The notes: generated by a model not told the origin, from the letters alone. A stretch of DNA of 64,000 nt from Patescibacteria group bacterium (GCA_034658815.1 JAYEFY010000020.1:11966-75965), one strand, 5' to 3'. Positions 51,401-62,205 are shown, counted from the stretch's first letter. Translations and numbers: made by a program.

Positions 51401-52253
51401 ATAATATTTCTTTTATAAAACTATTTTTAAATCTCTTTACTTTTTTGATATTATTACTGTTAAGACATTTCATCTTCTTAAGCCAGACAGCTTCATTTTT
51501 TTTGCATGAATATAGAAATTTGACTTTTTGTCTTATGCTCCATGACCTTTGCCCAAAATGATGAACGTAAGCTTTTTTGACCCACACTGCTTTATGGCCC
51601 AAAAAATCGGCACGGCTATTGTAATCCGATTCTTCGTAAGTGCCTAATCCGTAAATTTCATCAAAATATCCTATTCTCTTTATTGCTTCCTTTTTGATAA
51701 AAAAGCAAAATCCTTGTATTTGAGAATTGGTTTCCCTCTGGGATAATTCTAATATGTTATTCCTGAACCTTTTTTCAATACTTTCACCTTTTTTTAATAT
51801 TTCTTTTTCAGAGATAAATCTTTCTTTCGAAAATTCGTAAATCTCTTGGTTGCTGTTTGCCTGGCTGGTTGTCGGACCGGCTATTATGATTTTATTATCA
51901 GAGTTCATAAGTTTAACTATTCTCTCAAACGCGTTAGGGCAAACATAAGTATCACTATTTAGAATACAGATAATTTTTTCTTTGCTATTGTTTAAAATAA
52001 TATTGGCATTATGCGGAAAGCCCATATTGTTATTATTTCTAATAAAAACAACTTTCAAAATATTTTTTGGTTTTTGTTTAGAAATAAATGCTTCTACTTC
52101 GGTCTTTATATTCTCTTTACTGCAATCATCAACAATAATCAATTCCATTTCCAGTGAAACATTTTTAGCAAGACTTTTCAAGCATTGTCTCAGATAGATT
52201 TTTTGACCATATACCGGAATTCCAACAGAAATAATATTTTTTCTCTTTAGCAT
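51390..52253 (-). CDS. Glycosyltransferase family 2
   Basis: VDDCS, NMGFPHNAN, LNSDT, GYFDEIYGLGTYEESDY. Confidence 0.88.
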   Translation of the reverse strand: MLKRKNIISVGIPVYGQKIYLRQCLKSLAKNVSLEMELIIVDDCSKENIKTEVEAFISKQKPKNILKVVFIRNNNNMGFPHNANIILNNSKEKIICILNSDTYVCPNAFERIVKLMNSDNKIIIAGPTTSQANSNQEIYEFSKERFISEKEILKKGESIEKRFRNNILELSQRETNSQIQGFCFFIKKEAIKRIGYFDEIYGLGTYEESDYNSRADFLGHKAVWVKKAYVHHFGQRSWSIRQKVKFLYSCKKNEAVWLKKMKCLNSNNIKKVKRFKNSFIKEILYEK

Positions 52254-52275
52254 GACTGGCGCTTATTGTTTAAGG

Positions 52276-52980
52276 TCATCTCTTTTCAATTATTATTTCC
52301 CCAAGCAATTTTTCTTGTTTAACGCTTATAATCTGCTGTTTCATCATCTCCAACATTGCCAAAAAAGTAACTATGACTTCTATCTTATCCGATGCGTGAG
52401 AAATGGTTTCTTGAAAAGCAACTTTCATTCTTCTTTCTATCGACTGGCCAAGCTGTATGATTTTTTCTTCAATACTGATAACATCTTCTATAACCTGCCG
52501 GGAAATTTCTTCTTTAGAAGGCACATTCTGAAGAATCTTTGTAAACAGCAAATATAGTTCTTTTGATGTAATTTTTTGCGAAATAAGCGGCATATTTCTA
52601 AATTGCTCTTCTTTTTTAGAAAATGATATTTGATTGTTTTTTAATAAGCCACTGATATCAGTGGCAGCCTTTTTAAACCGCTGATACTCTTTTAACCGCT
52701 CTTCAAGATCCCTTATGTCATCCTCTTCTTCTTTTGTAAACTCAAATAATGGCAAAAGGGCCTTTGATTTCAATAAAATAAGCTGGGAGGCAACCATTAA
52801 AAACTCGCTCAAATTTGATAAATTGACGAACTTCTGCGATTCAATAAAAGTGAGATAGCTGTCGGTAACTTCAACAAGTGAAAGCTGCGTTATATCAAGC
52901 TTTTGTTTTTCAATAAGCTCAAGCAAAAGGCAAAGAGGCCCTTCAAAGTGTTGATTTTTTACCCTAAAGTCGCTTGACAC
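52276..52980 (-). CDS. scpA: Segregation/condensation protein ScpA
   Basis: FEGPL.LLLELIE, FLMVASQLILLKSKALLP, IVTFLAMLEM. Confidence 0.93.
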   Translation of the reverse strand: MSSDFRVKNQHFEGPLCLLLELIEKQKLDITQLSLVEVTDSYLTFIESQKFVNLSNLSEFLMVASQLILLKSKALLPLFEFTKEEEDDIRDLEERLKEYQRFKKAATDISGLLKNNQISFSKKEEQFRNMPLISQKITSKELYLLFTKILQNVPSKEEISRQVIEDVISIEEKIIQLGQSIERRMKVAFQETISHASDKIEVIVTFLAMLEMMKQQIISVKQEKLLGEIIIEKR

Positions 52981-53024
52981 TGTCTAATTTTCTTAAAAAA
53001 ATTATAGAAACAACTCTCGTCGTC

Positions 53025-53588
53025 TTATTTCTTCCCGGCTTTCGTTTTTGTAAAGCTGCCCTTGATCAAATCCGTTTCAAGTTTTTCGTACCTTTTCGGA
53101 GTCATTTTTACCGACAATTCATACTCGCCAGATCCAAGATAAAGATATTTTTGCCTAAGCAATAACTTGTCAACAAATATCAAAAGTTTCGTAAATTTCG
53201 AGAAAGGAGGCACAGCCCCGACTTTTCCTTGTACATTCTTTCTCATCCATACTTCTTTAGCCAGTTCGACTTTTTTATAAACTTTCATTTTTTTCGCTGT
53301 CTTCGGATCGCTTTTTTCAAGTTTCTTTCTTTCCTTTTTAATCCAATCATTGATAGCTTTTTTGAATTTTACTTTATCCAGATCTTTATTTGAAGAAAGA
53401 AGCGCCAAAATATAGTCTTTGTCAACTTTCAAAACAAGCGCTTTTACTATTTCAGCCGGCTCGACCTTCGTTTTGGCTGTTGTAGCCGCTTTATCGTGAG
53501 CCGTGTACGTTGTTTTATGTTCAACAATCTCATATTTTACATTCGCTTCATCGAGAATTTTCTCCAGTTTTTTTGATATTTTTGGCAT
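53025..53588 (-). CDS. YbaK/EbsC (aminoacyl-tRNA deacylase-like) family protein
   Basis: YEIVEHKTTYTA, IVKALVLK, GAVPPF. Confidence 0.8.
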   Translation of the reverse strand: MPKISKKLEKILDEANVKYEIVEHKTTYTAHDKAATTAKTKVEPAEIVKALVLKVDKDYILALLSSNKDLDKVKFKKAINDWIKKERKKLEKSDPKTAKKMKVYKKVELAKEVWMRKNVQGKVGAVPPFSKFTKLLIFVDKLLLRQKYLYLGSGEYELSVKMTPKRYEKLETDLIKGSFTKTKAGKK

Positions 53589-53668
53589 GGTTTTAATGTT
53601 ACTGATAATAGTCCAATAATAAAATTATATATTCAGAGAAATATTATATCACACATGCTTATATATTT

Positions 53669-54835
53669 CTATTTTGTATCATTAAGGCGGAAAACAGGAG
53701 CTAGCGCCGTAAAGATCAAAACGGCAAGCATAAGAAAAAGCATTTGCAAGGGAAGAACAATTAGAAAAAAGCTAAAAAACGCCATTCCAAAAATAAAAGC
53801 TAAGCTTTTTGTTGTCCTGAAATAATCAATAAATCCAATATCCCGCGGATCAACTTTCTTATAGAAATAAGTATCTCTCATTACCTGGATAATTGACGCG
53901 CCAATGCGGGTAATAAATAAAATTACCATCCAAAATATAAGATTTGTACTTGAAATAAAGCTGATCGCTCCTGTCGATAAAGACATAATAATGATCCCGA
54001 TAATTAGCCATTCTTTTTCTCCTGTCCGTGTATCGGCAATAATGCCAAGCGGAATTTGAATGATCACAAACGGGATAAGCATAACCGTGATTATTTTCCC
54101 GATATCAAGCCACGAAAAGCCAATACTCAAAAGATATAACGGAGTAAATACAGACATCACGCAATAAAAAAGTTCAAGTATGAGAGATGCGTAAAAAATT
54201 CTCAAGAGATTTTTCCGTTTTAACATCTTTTTCAAAACAACGCGCGCACTACAACTTTTTCTTGCAGAATGGTTAATATTTCCATAACTGCCGTAAATGA
54301 TCGCGGCGGCAACCGCGGTTATTAATGAAGCTAAAATAAACACCGGACCGAAACCAAAGTTTTCCACTGTCCACGCGGCAAGAAACGGTCCGAAAAGAAA
54401 TCCCAGATCCATGAAAGTAAGGCTTGTTCCCCTTACTTTCCCTGTTATACTGTTCCGGGTGAAACTTTCAATGAGAACGTCAAGACTAGCCCAAATAAGC
54501 GCGTCACCCACAAGAGACCATACCGCAAAAATAATTACAAAAATATTATGGGAGAAGACTCCCATTGCCAGCAACGTAAGCATTTTCACGATCATAAAGA
54601 GCAGTAACGTTCTTGATTTTCCGTGCCTCTTTATTAAATGGTGAAGATTGATGAGAATATAAAAAGAAGCCGCGTAAGCAATGAAATAGAAAATCCCAAC
54701 ATTTTCCGTTCCGGTAAGTTCTTTGATGAAACTCGAAAGAACATAGATTACCAAGGACAGTTGAAATCCCAACAGAAAAACAACGGTACTCAATAAATAT
54801 AATTTTTGTTTTCTCTTCCTTTTCTTTTTTTTCAT
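53669..54835 (-). CDS. MFS transporter
   Basis: About 12 TM; GFLFGP and GIIADTRTGEK motif-A-like segment; ATG 54835 preferred. Confidence 0.85.
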   Translation of the reverse strand: MKKKKRKRKQKLYLLSTVVFLLGFQLSLVIYVLSSFIKELTGTENVGIFYFIAYAASFYILINLHHLIKRHGKSRTLLLFMIVKMLTLLAMGVFSHNIFVIIFAVWSLVGDALIWASLDVLIESFTRNSITGKVRGTSLTFMDLGFLFGPFLAAWTVENFGFGPVFILASLITAVAAAIIYGSYGNINHSARKSCSARVVLKKMLKRKNLLRIFYASLILELFYCVMSVFTPLYLLSIGFSWLDIGKIITVMLIPFVIIQIPLGIIADTRTGEKEWLIIGIIIMSLSTGAISFISSTNLIFWMVILFITRIGASIIQVMRDTYFYKKVDPRDIGFIDYFRTTKSLAFIFGMAFFSFFLIVLPLQMLFLMLAVLIFTALAPVFRLNDTK

Positions 54836-54845
54836 GGCAAGGAAA

Positions 54846-54959
54846 GTGAAGCTCCGCGTACTCACGCACACGGTATTTTTTATTTCTTAGCCGGAGCAAA
54901 ATCCCGAACTGTCCGCCTCTGGCGGACTGGCACATGGGCGAATTAAGCGTACGGCTCAC
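54846..54959. repeat. Intergenic palindromic element with a TCCGCCTCTGGCGGA module
   Basis: Degenerate arms GTGAAGCTCCGCGTAC / GCGTACGGCTCAC; GTCCGCCTCTGGCGGAC at 54911-54927. Confidence 0.5.
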
Positions 54960-56725
54960 TACTTTATTTTTAAATGAAGTTCGTCAAGCTGTTCTTTTTC
55001 GACTTCGCTTGGAGTGCCTATCATCAAATCCCTTCCGTCGCCTGTCTTCGGAAACGCCATCACGTCACGAATACTTGATTTATTCATTAATACCATGAGC
55101 ATTCTGTCTATTCCCGGAGCAATACCCCCATGCGGAGGAGCGCCATATTCAAATGCTCTTAAAAAATGTTTGAATTGCTTTTTTCTTCTTTCATTAAAGC
55201 CAATAAGATCAAATATTTTTTCTTGAGTTTTTCTATTATGGATCCTGATGCTTCCTCCCCCAACCTCAAACCCATTGGCAACGATATCATACTGATGCGA
55301 CCGAGCTTTACCCGGATCAGCATCAAGCAATTCCAAGTCTTCATCTTTTGGGGCTGTAAACATATGATGAGAAGGCATATAATGTCCGTTTTCAAGCGTT
55401 TCTTCAAATAAGGGAAAGCCGACTATAAATGCTAATGCAATAAGGTTCTCGTCAATCAAATTTAATTTCTGTCCCAGCTTGATCCTAAGATTTCCCAAAC
55501 TTTCGCAAACAATTTCCTTAGTATCAGCTCCGAAGAAAATAATGTCCCCTTCTTTCGCTTCCATTTCTCTGACGATCTTTTTTGCCAGTTCGTTTCCAAG
55601 AAACTTCACGATCGGTGATCTTAAGCCGTCTTTTTCTATGATCATATAAGCCAATCCTTTGGCTCCAAATTTTTTGACATACTCGGTCAGTTCATCAATT
55701 TGGGATCTGCTCAATTTTAAGGCGGATTTTGGAGCACATAACGCTCTCACAACATTTCCACGCTCAACAGCATCCGCAAATACTTTGAATCCGCACCCTT
55801 TTACAAGTGAAGTTAGGTCTTTTATTTCCATGTTGAATCTCAAATCAGGTTTGTCAACTCCGTATTTTAGCATTACTTCATCGTAATTTAAACGGAGCCA
55901 TGGCTTAGCAAGAAATTTTTTGTCGGGAAACACACTCTCAATCGCTTTTGTGAAGATATCCTCGGTGAGTTTTAAAATATCATCTTGCTCTACAAAGGAC
56001 ATTTCCAAATCCAACTGAGTGAATTCAGGCTGTCTGTCGCCGCGAGTATCCTCGTCACGAAAACATTTCGCAATTTGATAATACTTATCCACCCCGGAAA
56101 GCATAAGCAATTGCTTATATTGCTGAGGCGACTGCGGAAGAGCGTAAAATTTTCCGGCTTGCAAGCGAGAAGGAACCAGAAAATCACGGGCTCCTTCAGG
56201 AGTACTTTTAGTCAGAACCGGTGTTTCAATTTCAATGAATTCTTTTTCGTTCAGATAAGAGCGCAAAAAAGAAATAAATTCATGCCGCTTTATTAAAGTT
56301 TCAACTGAACTCCTTCTGCGCAGATCTATATATCTGTATTCCATTCTAAGTTCTTCTCTGATTTCACTGATCTTTTCTTCTTCCAATTCAAATGGAGGCG
56401 TTTTTGCCCTGCTCAACACTTCCAGTTCGTCCGCATCAATTTCAATTTCACCTGAGTTGAGTTTTTTATTGATCATATCATCCGGTCTTTTGACAACCGA
56501 CCCCTTGGCCTTTATAACCCATTCACACCTTAACTCATTGGCCTGTTCCCAGACTTTTTTATTTGATTTCGGATCAAAACGCAGCTGCGTGATCCCGTAC
56601 CTATCACGCAGATCAATAAATATTATCCCTCCATGGTCCCGCCGCGAGTGAACCCATCCCGCGAGCGTTACGGACGTTCCGATGTTATGAATATCAATAT
56701 CGTTGCAAGTATGTGTTCTCAGCAT
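54959..56725 (-). CDS. aspS: Aspartate--tRNA ligase
   Basis: MLRTHTC start, RRDHGG, PQSPQQYKQ, GAPPHGGIAPG; the H in RRDHGG fits the non-discriminating type. Confidence 0.96.
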   Translation of the reverse strand: MLRTHTCNDIDIHNIGTSVTLAGWVHSRRDHGGIIFIDLRDRYGITQLRFDPKSNKKVWEQANELRCEWVIKAKGSVVKRPDDMINKKLNSGEIEIDADELEVLSRAKTPPFELEEEKISEIREELRMEYRYIDLRRRSSVETLIKRHEFISFLRSYLNEKEFIEIETPVLTKSTPEGARDFLVPSRLQAGKFYALPQSPQQYKQLLMLSGVDKYYQIAKCFRDEDTRGDRQPEFTQLDLEMSFVEQDDILKLTEDIFTKAIESVFPDKKFLAKPWLRLNYDEVMLKYGVDKPDLRFNMEIKDLTSLVKGCGFKVFADAVERGNVVRALCAPKSALKLSRSQIDELTEYVKKFGAKGLAYMIIEKDGLRSPIVKFLGNELAKKIVREMEAKEGDIIFFGADTKEIVCESLGNLRIKLGQKLNLIDENLIALAFIVGFPLFEETLENGHYMPSHHMFTAPKDEDLELLDADPGKARSHQYDIVANGFEVGGGSIRIHNRKTQEKIFDLIGFNERRKKQFKHFLRAFEYGAPPHGGIAPGIDRMLMVLMNKSSIRDVMAFPKTGDGRDLMIGTPSEVEKEQLDELHLKIK

Positions 56726-56839
56726 GCGCTTACTATCAACAATTAATTGGTTAATTACCTTGAACTGCCTTGTGGGTTCAATGGCTCCTGCCTTGAACCA
56801 TTTTAAATCTTCCACTTAAACAATCATAATTGCGTTTCT

Positions 56840-57220
56840 CTATTTCTTGGCTTTATTCAACAACACTTTTCCAACTTCTTCGATTATTTCTCTCGGGGTA
56901 TAATCAGATTTTGTTATGAATCCGTCAGCGCTAAGCTCGGTCGCTTTTTGTTTATTTTCTACTTGAGATAAATTGGAAAAAATGATAACTTTGATATCTT
57001 TAGTGCGAGGACTTTGCTTGATCTTCTTGAGAACCTCAAATCCATCCTCTTCCGGCAACACGAGATCAAGAAGCACCAATTCCGGCTTTTCTATTCTGAT
57101 CTTCTGAAGAGCTTCTATTCCTGTTGATGCCGTTAAAATATCGTATTTATAATCTAAAAACTTTTTCTGATAAATTTCAAGCAACATTGGATCGTCTTCT
57201 ACGATCAAAATTTTCTTCAT
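56840..57220 (-). CDS. Stand-alone response-regulator receiver domain
   Basis: ILIVEDD, LLDLVLP, FSN, FITK. Confidence 0.9.
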   Translation of the reverse strand: MKKILIVEDDPMLLEIYQKKFLDYKYDILTASTGIEALQKIRIEKPELVLLDLVLPEEDGFEVLKKIKQSPRTKDIKVIIFSNLSQVENKQKATELSADGFITKSDYTPREIIEEVGKVLLNKAKK

Positions 57221-57450
57221 AGATCTAATTTAATAATTCCAGTTATCAAACACAAAGAGCAACAGGGCACATACCAACTAAAATGCCCATAAAAAAGGTC
57301 AAAATAACACTCTAAGTATACCTAAACATTTTTTTAAATGCAACTCGCTAAAACCTGTCCGGAAATTCTTTTCCCCGCTTATCACCTGCCTGTTATACCT
57401 GCCCTGCCTCTATTGGTAAGAAGCAGAACACGGAGTTTTCAAATAAATTA

Positions 57451-58308
57451 TTACCTCCATTTATCGCACTTCTCAATAAAGACGGCGCATTCGTTTAGGT
57501 AATCTTTTAATTCCCTCTTGATTCTTTTGAGTTTTTCGAGGTTTTTATATAAATCATGCAGATCTTCAGCGCTTGCACCGGCTTTTTTCGCCTTTTTGAT
57601 TATTTTTTCTTGTTCGCTAATTGCTTCTTTTGTCTCTTTTTTCTTTTTTTCAATATGTTCGCAGTTATTCTTTGATTCCAAATCACAAACTGTTATAGTT
57701 TTTAGATCTTCCTGTTTAAGCATGCTCCCAAAATGCTGGACTGACAAAAAGCTTTTTCTTCCTTCGTTTTCAATCTCAACAACAGCCACGCCAATATTCT
57801 CAAAGTCGGATGACAAAATATTTTTTCGATGGCCTTTACTGCCCATCCACGCGTCGTGAACGCTTTGGGCTGAAAAATAACCTTCCGCTAAATTTTCGCC
57901 GACAGTTTTATAGGTATAATTCGCCTGCTCAACAAAAAACCATGGTTGAAGACCATCGGGAGACACGTGTTCAAAATAATTATTATTTTTCATATCATTG
58001 GCTTTCAATAGCGCTGATTCCATCAACTTTTCGTTTCTTTGCAATAGAGATAAGCCCTTTTCTTTACGCGCTTCATTTGCTAAACTTATAATACCATCAA
58101 GCGTTCCAAAAAATTCAGTATTAGGCGTTTCGTTGGAATCCGCCGCTGGCTCTACGTTTCTTATTATCCCCGCACCGGGCAAGTTATCGATGCTGTTGCT
58201 TTGATCAACAGTACGAGGAATTTGAATATGCAGATCATAAAACTGAACTCCCGCGCAAACAAGAATGATCAACAAACTTAACAATATTAACCGCATAAGA
58301 TTTTTCAT
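57451..58308 (-). CDS. CAP/SCP domain protein with a C-terminal Cys-containing helical region
   Basis: YFEHVSPDG, GENLA, WMGSKGHRKNIL. Confidence 0.88.
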   Translation of the reverse strand: MKNLMRLILLSLLIILVCAGVQFYDLHIQIPRTVDQSNSIDNLPGAGIIRNVEPAADSNETPNTEFFGTLDGIISLANEARKEKGLSLLQRNEKLMESALLKANDMKNNNYFEHVSPDGLQPWFFVEQANYTYKTVGENLAEGYFSAQSVHDAWMGSKGHRKNILSSDFENIGVAVVEIENEGRKSFLSVQHFGSMLKQEDLKTITVCDLESKNNCEHIEKKKKETKEAISEQEKIIKKAKKAGASAEDLHDLYKNLEKLKRIKRELKDYLNECAVFIEKCDKWR

Positions 58309-58361
58309 TCTCCTGTTTTCATGTAATTAGTTGTAAGACCCGACAGCGTTGTTCGCACTTC

Positions 58362-58495
58362 TCTCTTTGCCATTCTGAGCGAAACGAGTGAGCATTTACG
58401 CGCTGGAGCGAGCTTGTAACTCGGTTCCTTAATTTTTGAGCATTTTTTGAAGAATTCGAAAAAGCGAATGAGCGGGACTCGGGATGGCAAAAGAG
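58362..58495. repeat. REP/MITE-like inverted repeat
   Basis: TTTGCCATTCTGAG...CTCGGGATGGCAAA arms; related to GTCATCCTGA/TCAGAATGAC at 3800-3985. Confidence 0.6.
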
Positions 58496-58724
58496 CGGCA
58501 ATATTGCAGGTAACGCTCTAATTTCTTACAAATTAGTTATGAAAAATTTCAGCATTATTTACGATTTTTGATCTTCTGTTATATAAAAGAAAGCCGGAAA
58601 TACTGTTATTCTCCGTAGATGTCTGCCATTTCATCTACAAAATCATAAACAGCGCTCAAGATTTTAACAAATCAGCCTGTACTCAGCTTATCACTTTAGC
58701 ATCACTCAATCAATAAAATTACCA

Positions 58725-59033
58725 ATGAAATTTAGAATTAACAATTCACTTTCTCATTCAATCCCGATAATAATAAGGAAATGCGGCTATTCGAGGATTT
58801 TCGATCATAAATCCCAAAAAGAAAGTTTTGTGCGACTGCTAACCGGAAATCGCTATCCCAGATTCCATTTGTATGTTTCAGAGGAAAATACTGAAATTAT
58901 CTTTGATCTGCATCTTGATCAAACCAGGTCAAGAATTGCAGGTCAAACCGCGCATCGGGCCGACTATGAAAGCGAAGAAGTTCGCGATGAGCTTACAAGA
59001 ATTTATTTATGCGTCCAGCGTTATATTAAATAA
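58725..59033 (+). CDS. Hypothetical protein
   Basis: 102-aa ORF with YPRFHLY and LHLDQ segments, followed by a terminator. Confidence 0.7.
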   Translation: MKFRINNSLSHSIPIIIRKCGYSRIFDHKSQKESFVRLLTGNRYPRFHLYVSEENTEIIFDLHLDQTRSRIAGQTAHRADYESEEVRDELTRIYLCVQRYIK

Positions 59034-59034
59034 T

Positions 59035-59068
59035 GGGATCGTTTCCAAACTAATTTGGAAACAGTTGC
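59035..59068. repeat. Minimal family-A element
   Basis: GGGATCGTTTCCAAACTAATTTGGAAACAGTTGC directly after a stop codon. Confidence 0.7.
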
Positions 59069-59087
59069 TTATATCTAAAATTAAGAA

Positions 59088-59126
59088 CAAAACAGACCCG
59101 GAAAATGAGATCCGGGTCTGTTTTTT
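59088..59126. terminator. Bidirectional intrinsic terminator
   Basis: AAAACAGACCCGGA...TCCGGGTCTGTTTTTT between convergent genes. Confidence 0.8.
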
Positions 59127-59237
59127 ATAACTATAAAAATTGTCAATATTTTCAGTTACCAGTAAAAGCCGCTTTATCAATTGGAACACTAAAACCGCCT
59201 TTGTGCTTAAATTGTGTTTTCATTTATTGGTGATTAA

Positions 59238-61130
59238 TTACCAGCTTCCTCCTCCGCCTCCTCCGCCTCCTCCGCCTGAGCTTCCTCCTCCCGAAAAACC
59301 TGAAGAAGAGGAAGACCTTGGTGGAGTCGAAACAGTTCTGGCAACGTTGCTGAAATTGTTATTCATTGATTGCGCAAATACGATAGGCGTGAAAGAACCT
59401 GCTTGCGAGGAATACCATTCGGGATTATGGGTGTAGATCCCTTCAAATGCTTTCGCCCATTTATCCGCCATTCCGAGCACCATTGCGTACGGAAGAACTT
59501 TTTCAAAGATATGCTCGTCTTCTTGAAACTTCACTCTATACCGTTCCGCGGTGTGGATATATTGCTTTAACCCTTTTACATGCCTTTCCGCTTCTATGCC
59601 ATCAAATGTCTTCTTGGACATAAAGATGCCGAACCAGATGTTTATTACTCCGCTTAATGGCAACCCAAATAAAAGATCAACTCTCTGCGCAGACAGGCCT
59701 AGTATAAGACCCGCAATAATCACGACCACTCCAATGGTAATATAAATTGATTTTTTGTGTATAGTATCTTCTTCAAAATAATCCAGCGCGTCCATTTTTT
59801 TCTTGATCTTCTTTTTCGCGGCTTCAACTTGAATATAAAAATTTTTGAGCTTTGATAAAACCACTGTTCTTCCCACAGTTCTGCCAAACAGGCCGTCAAG
59901 AAGTTTCTTTTCGTGAGCCGTAAGCGATTCATCGTCTTTCCACTCTTTCAAGTTTTGTAATTTATAATCCGCAACGCCTTTTGTGTTTTTCATTCCTGGC
60001 TTGCTTTTTGAATTTAACTTAAAAATAAAAAGCATTAAAACCGCGAATTCCGCAATGACAATCAAAAAAAATGTATCAACCAAAAAGAAGCTTAACGCAA
60101 CGTTAAAAACAACAATTGGAATAATTATTCCAATTATCTTCGCGATCTTTTGAATGTTTTGAGAAATTTCTTTTTTTTCGACCTCGAAAATTTTTAAATA
60201 TCCCTTCACGGCAAGATTTACAATATCCGCGGACACAAAATTCGCCGCGTATTTTTCTTTCATTAAATATCCAACCTCTCCCGGAGTAAGCCTGTCAGGC
60301 GGTTCATACTGAGCGATTACCGTTCTTCCCAGATCTAATTCCTTGCCCCGAGCGATCCATAGCAACAGCATTCCGGCAAAAACAAATATCGGCAAGCTGA
60401 ATCCCCAGTTATCAATTAAAAAATAATACAATTTTTCTTTGAACGATAATCCTTGAACAAAAGTTGTGGGAAATTCCATGGCAATGGTTAATCCCTCGTA
60501 AGGATCCAGAATATCTTTTGAAGCAAATTTGATCTGATTGGAAGAAACAACGCTTATCGTACACTCACGAGCCCCGCTTTTATAATAACCGGTAAAACAG
60601 GCCAGTCCGTCATCTGCCAGCACTAAGTCTCTGTGCAAGTGCACTGCCACAGTCGCGTTATTTATTGTCGTGGGCCATTGAGTGCCGATTGGGTTCCAAT
60701 ATAATTCGGTATGATTGTCAAAAAACCTTAACCCGTTCACAACATTATATCGAATGTCATAAATTTGCCTTCCTGCCACAAGCGTGTTCGGGTCTCCTAT
60801 TTTTAAGACAATGTTCCCGCTCTCCTTATATTTCTTAAATATCCGGCCTTTTCCACTTTCATCTGAGACAGTAAAGCCATTAAGGCGCAACTTGAAATTG
60901 GTCTTTCCAAAACTTTCATATTTAACCGGAATTTTTCGAAAAATTCCATGGCGTTGTTCTGCAAAATCAACTGCGATTCGTTCTTGGACTGCAAATGTTC
61001 CATCTTCATTAACATTTATATCAACGTGATAATCGTTGATAATAAACCCGCCCAGATCACTTATCGCATGAACTTGACTTGCGTAAAAAACACAAAAAAG
61101 AAAAACAGACGTTATTATCGCTTTTTTCAT
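59238..61130 (-). CDS. DUF2207 family membrane protein
   Basis: Signal peptide, RHGIFRKIP, ELYWNPIG, LPYAMVLG.ADKW, Gly-rich GGGGGGSW end. Confidence 0.9.
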   Translation of the reverse strand: MKKAIITSVFLFCVFYASQVHAISDLGGFIINDYHVDINVNEDGTFAVQERIAVDFAEQRHGIFRKIPVKYESFGKTNFKLRLNGFTVSDESGKGRIFKKYKESGNIVLKIGDPNTLVAGRQIYDIRYNVVNGLRFFDNHTELYWNPIGTQWPTTINNATVAVHLHRDLVLADDGLACFTGYYKSGARECTISVVSSNQIKFASKDILDPYEGLTIAMEFPTTFVQGLSFKEKLYYFLIDNWGFSLPIFVFAGMLLLWIARGKELDLGRTVIAQYEPPDRLTPGEVGYLMKEKYAANFVSADIVNLAVKGYLKIFEVEKKEISQNIQKIAKIIGIIIPIVVFNVALSFFLVDTFFLIVIAEFAVLMLFIFKLNSKSKPGMKNTKGVADYKLQNLKEWKDDESLTAHEKKLLDGLFGRTVGRTVVLSKLKNFYIQVEAAKKKIKKKMDALDYFEEDTIHKKSIYITIGVVVIIAGLILGLSAQRVDLLFGLPLSGVINIWFGIFMSKKTFDGIEAERHVKGLKQYIHTAERYRVKFQEDEHIFEKVLPYAMVLGMADKWAKAFEGIYTHNPEWYSSQAGSFTPIVFAQSMNNNFSNVARTVSTPPRSSSSSGFSGGGSSGGGGGGGGGGSW

Positions 61131-61182
61131 TGCATTATTGGATTTAGACTAAGCGCCCGTCATATTGGCAGCAATCCCTTAT

Positions 61183-61530
61183 TTATTGGGGCTGCACTTC
61201 GTTTTCAATTTTATCACTCGACAGATCCTTTTCATTGTATTCGCTAGGCAAGGTTTGATTAATGAGCGAGTCTAGCGCCTCAACTTCTTGTCCCAGCTCA
61301 TCATTTCCGGGATCAGAGAATTCGATTTGATCCTTCGGAACAATTTCTTCTTCTTTATTTGCGGAATCTTGTTTTTGTTGTTTCTCCTGCTGAGTCTTTT
61401 GTTGAATGACTTGCTGCTGAAGCAACTTCTCATCTGTTTTCTTCAAAGTTACGGCAATCGACAAAACAACAACCAACAAAATTATTATTGTGATAACCGT
61501 TATAGCAAAATAAACATTTTTTTTATCCAT
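61183..61530 (-). CDS. Hypothetical single-TM protein
   Basis: N-terminal TM, Q/E/D-rich tail. Confidence 0.7.
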   Translation of the reverse strand: MDKKNVYFAITVITIIILLVVVLSIAVTLKKTDEKLLQQQVIQQKTQQEKQQKQDSANKEEEIVPKDQIEFSDPGNDELGQEVEALDSLINQTLPSEYNEKDLSSDKIENEVQPQ

Positions 61531-61572
61531 ATATTTTGTTTAATGTTAATTAAGCGATATTAGGTGGGATTG

Positions 61573-62205
61573 TTAATTGTTGTCTTCTTCGCTGCTACCT
61601 TCTTCTGTTTCCTCATTACTTTTATCCTCATATTTATCAACAATTTGCTTTCTTAGATCCAATAGATCCGGTCGTATAACAGTTCGGTAATATTCTCTTA
61701 CATCAAGCAGTTTTGACCGCACCTCAGGGATCATTTTTCGAGCTTCGCCAAGTTGTTTTACAAACGCGCCTTCCGATTCACCGCAGATATGATCCCGCGT
61801 ATTCTTAAGTTCATCAATAAATAACGCATGGGCATCATGTAATGCCTGTACTTTTTTCTTTAAAACTACAAGATCAGACTTTAGTTTTGACACATCAAAA
61901 CTAGCTTTTTCAAATTTCGTTATGCATCGTTCAATACGCGATACAAGATTATCAAATATTCTACGGTGTTGCGCCTGATTATTCTCATAGCGTTTAATTC
62001 TGGTATTTATTCGTGCTTCAATATTTTCACAACGTCTCTCCTTTATTTGTTCACGAATATCCTTTCGTTCTTCTTTGAGTTTCGCTCTTTTACTAAGAGT
62101 ACTCCAACTTGTTTCACTTTCTGTTTTTTCCGTTATTGCCTGAACACTTCCAAAAATAAAACACCCGCAAACAATAAATATTGCCGCAAATAATATTTTT
62201 TTCAT
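61573..62205 (-). CDS. Hypothetical secreted helical/coiled-coil protein
   Basis: Signal peptide ending VQA; amphipathic helices. Confidence 0.75.
   Translation of the reverse strand: MKKILFAAIFIVCGCFIFGSVQAITEKTESETSWSTLSKRAKLKEERKDIREQIKERRCENIEARINTRIKRYENNQAQHRRIFDNLVSRIERCITKFEKASFDVSKLKSDLVVLKKKVQALHDAHALFIDELKNTRDHICGESEGAFVKQLGEARKMIPEVRSKLLDVREYYRTVIRPDLLDLRKQIVDKYEDKSNEETEEGSSEEDNN

Noticed and set aside
56726-56815. 30-aa N-terminal extension of AspS in the ORF track
   Set aside because: The family-typical start MLRTHTC is at 56725; the extension begins at an unsupported GTG
58305-58501. 60-61-aa ORFs upstream of the CAP gene
   Set aside because: They coincide with the REP-like inverted repeat at 58362-58495
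59140-59436. Poly-proline ORF on the + strand
   Set aside because: Antisense shadow of the Gly-rich C-terminus of the DUF2207 gene
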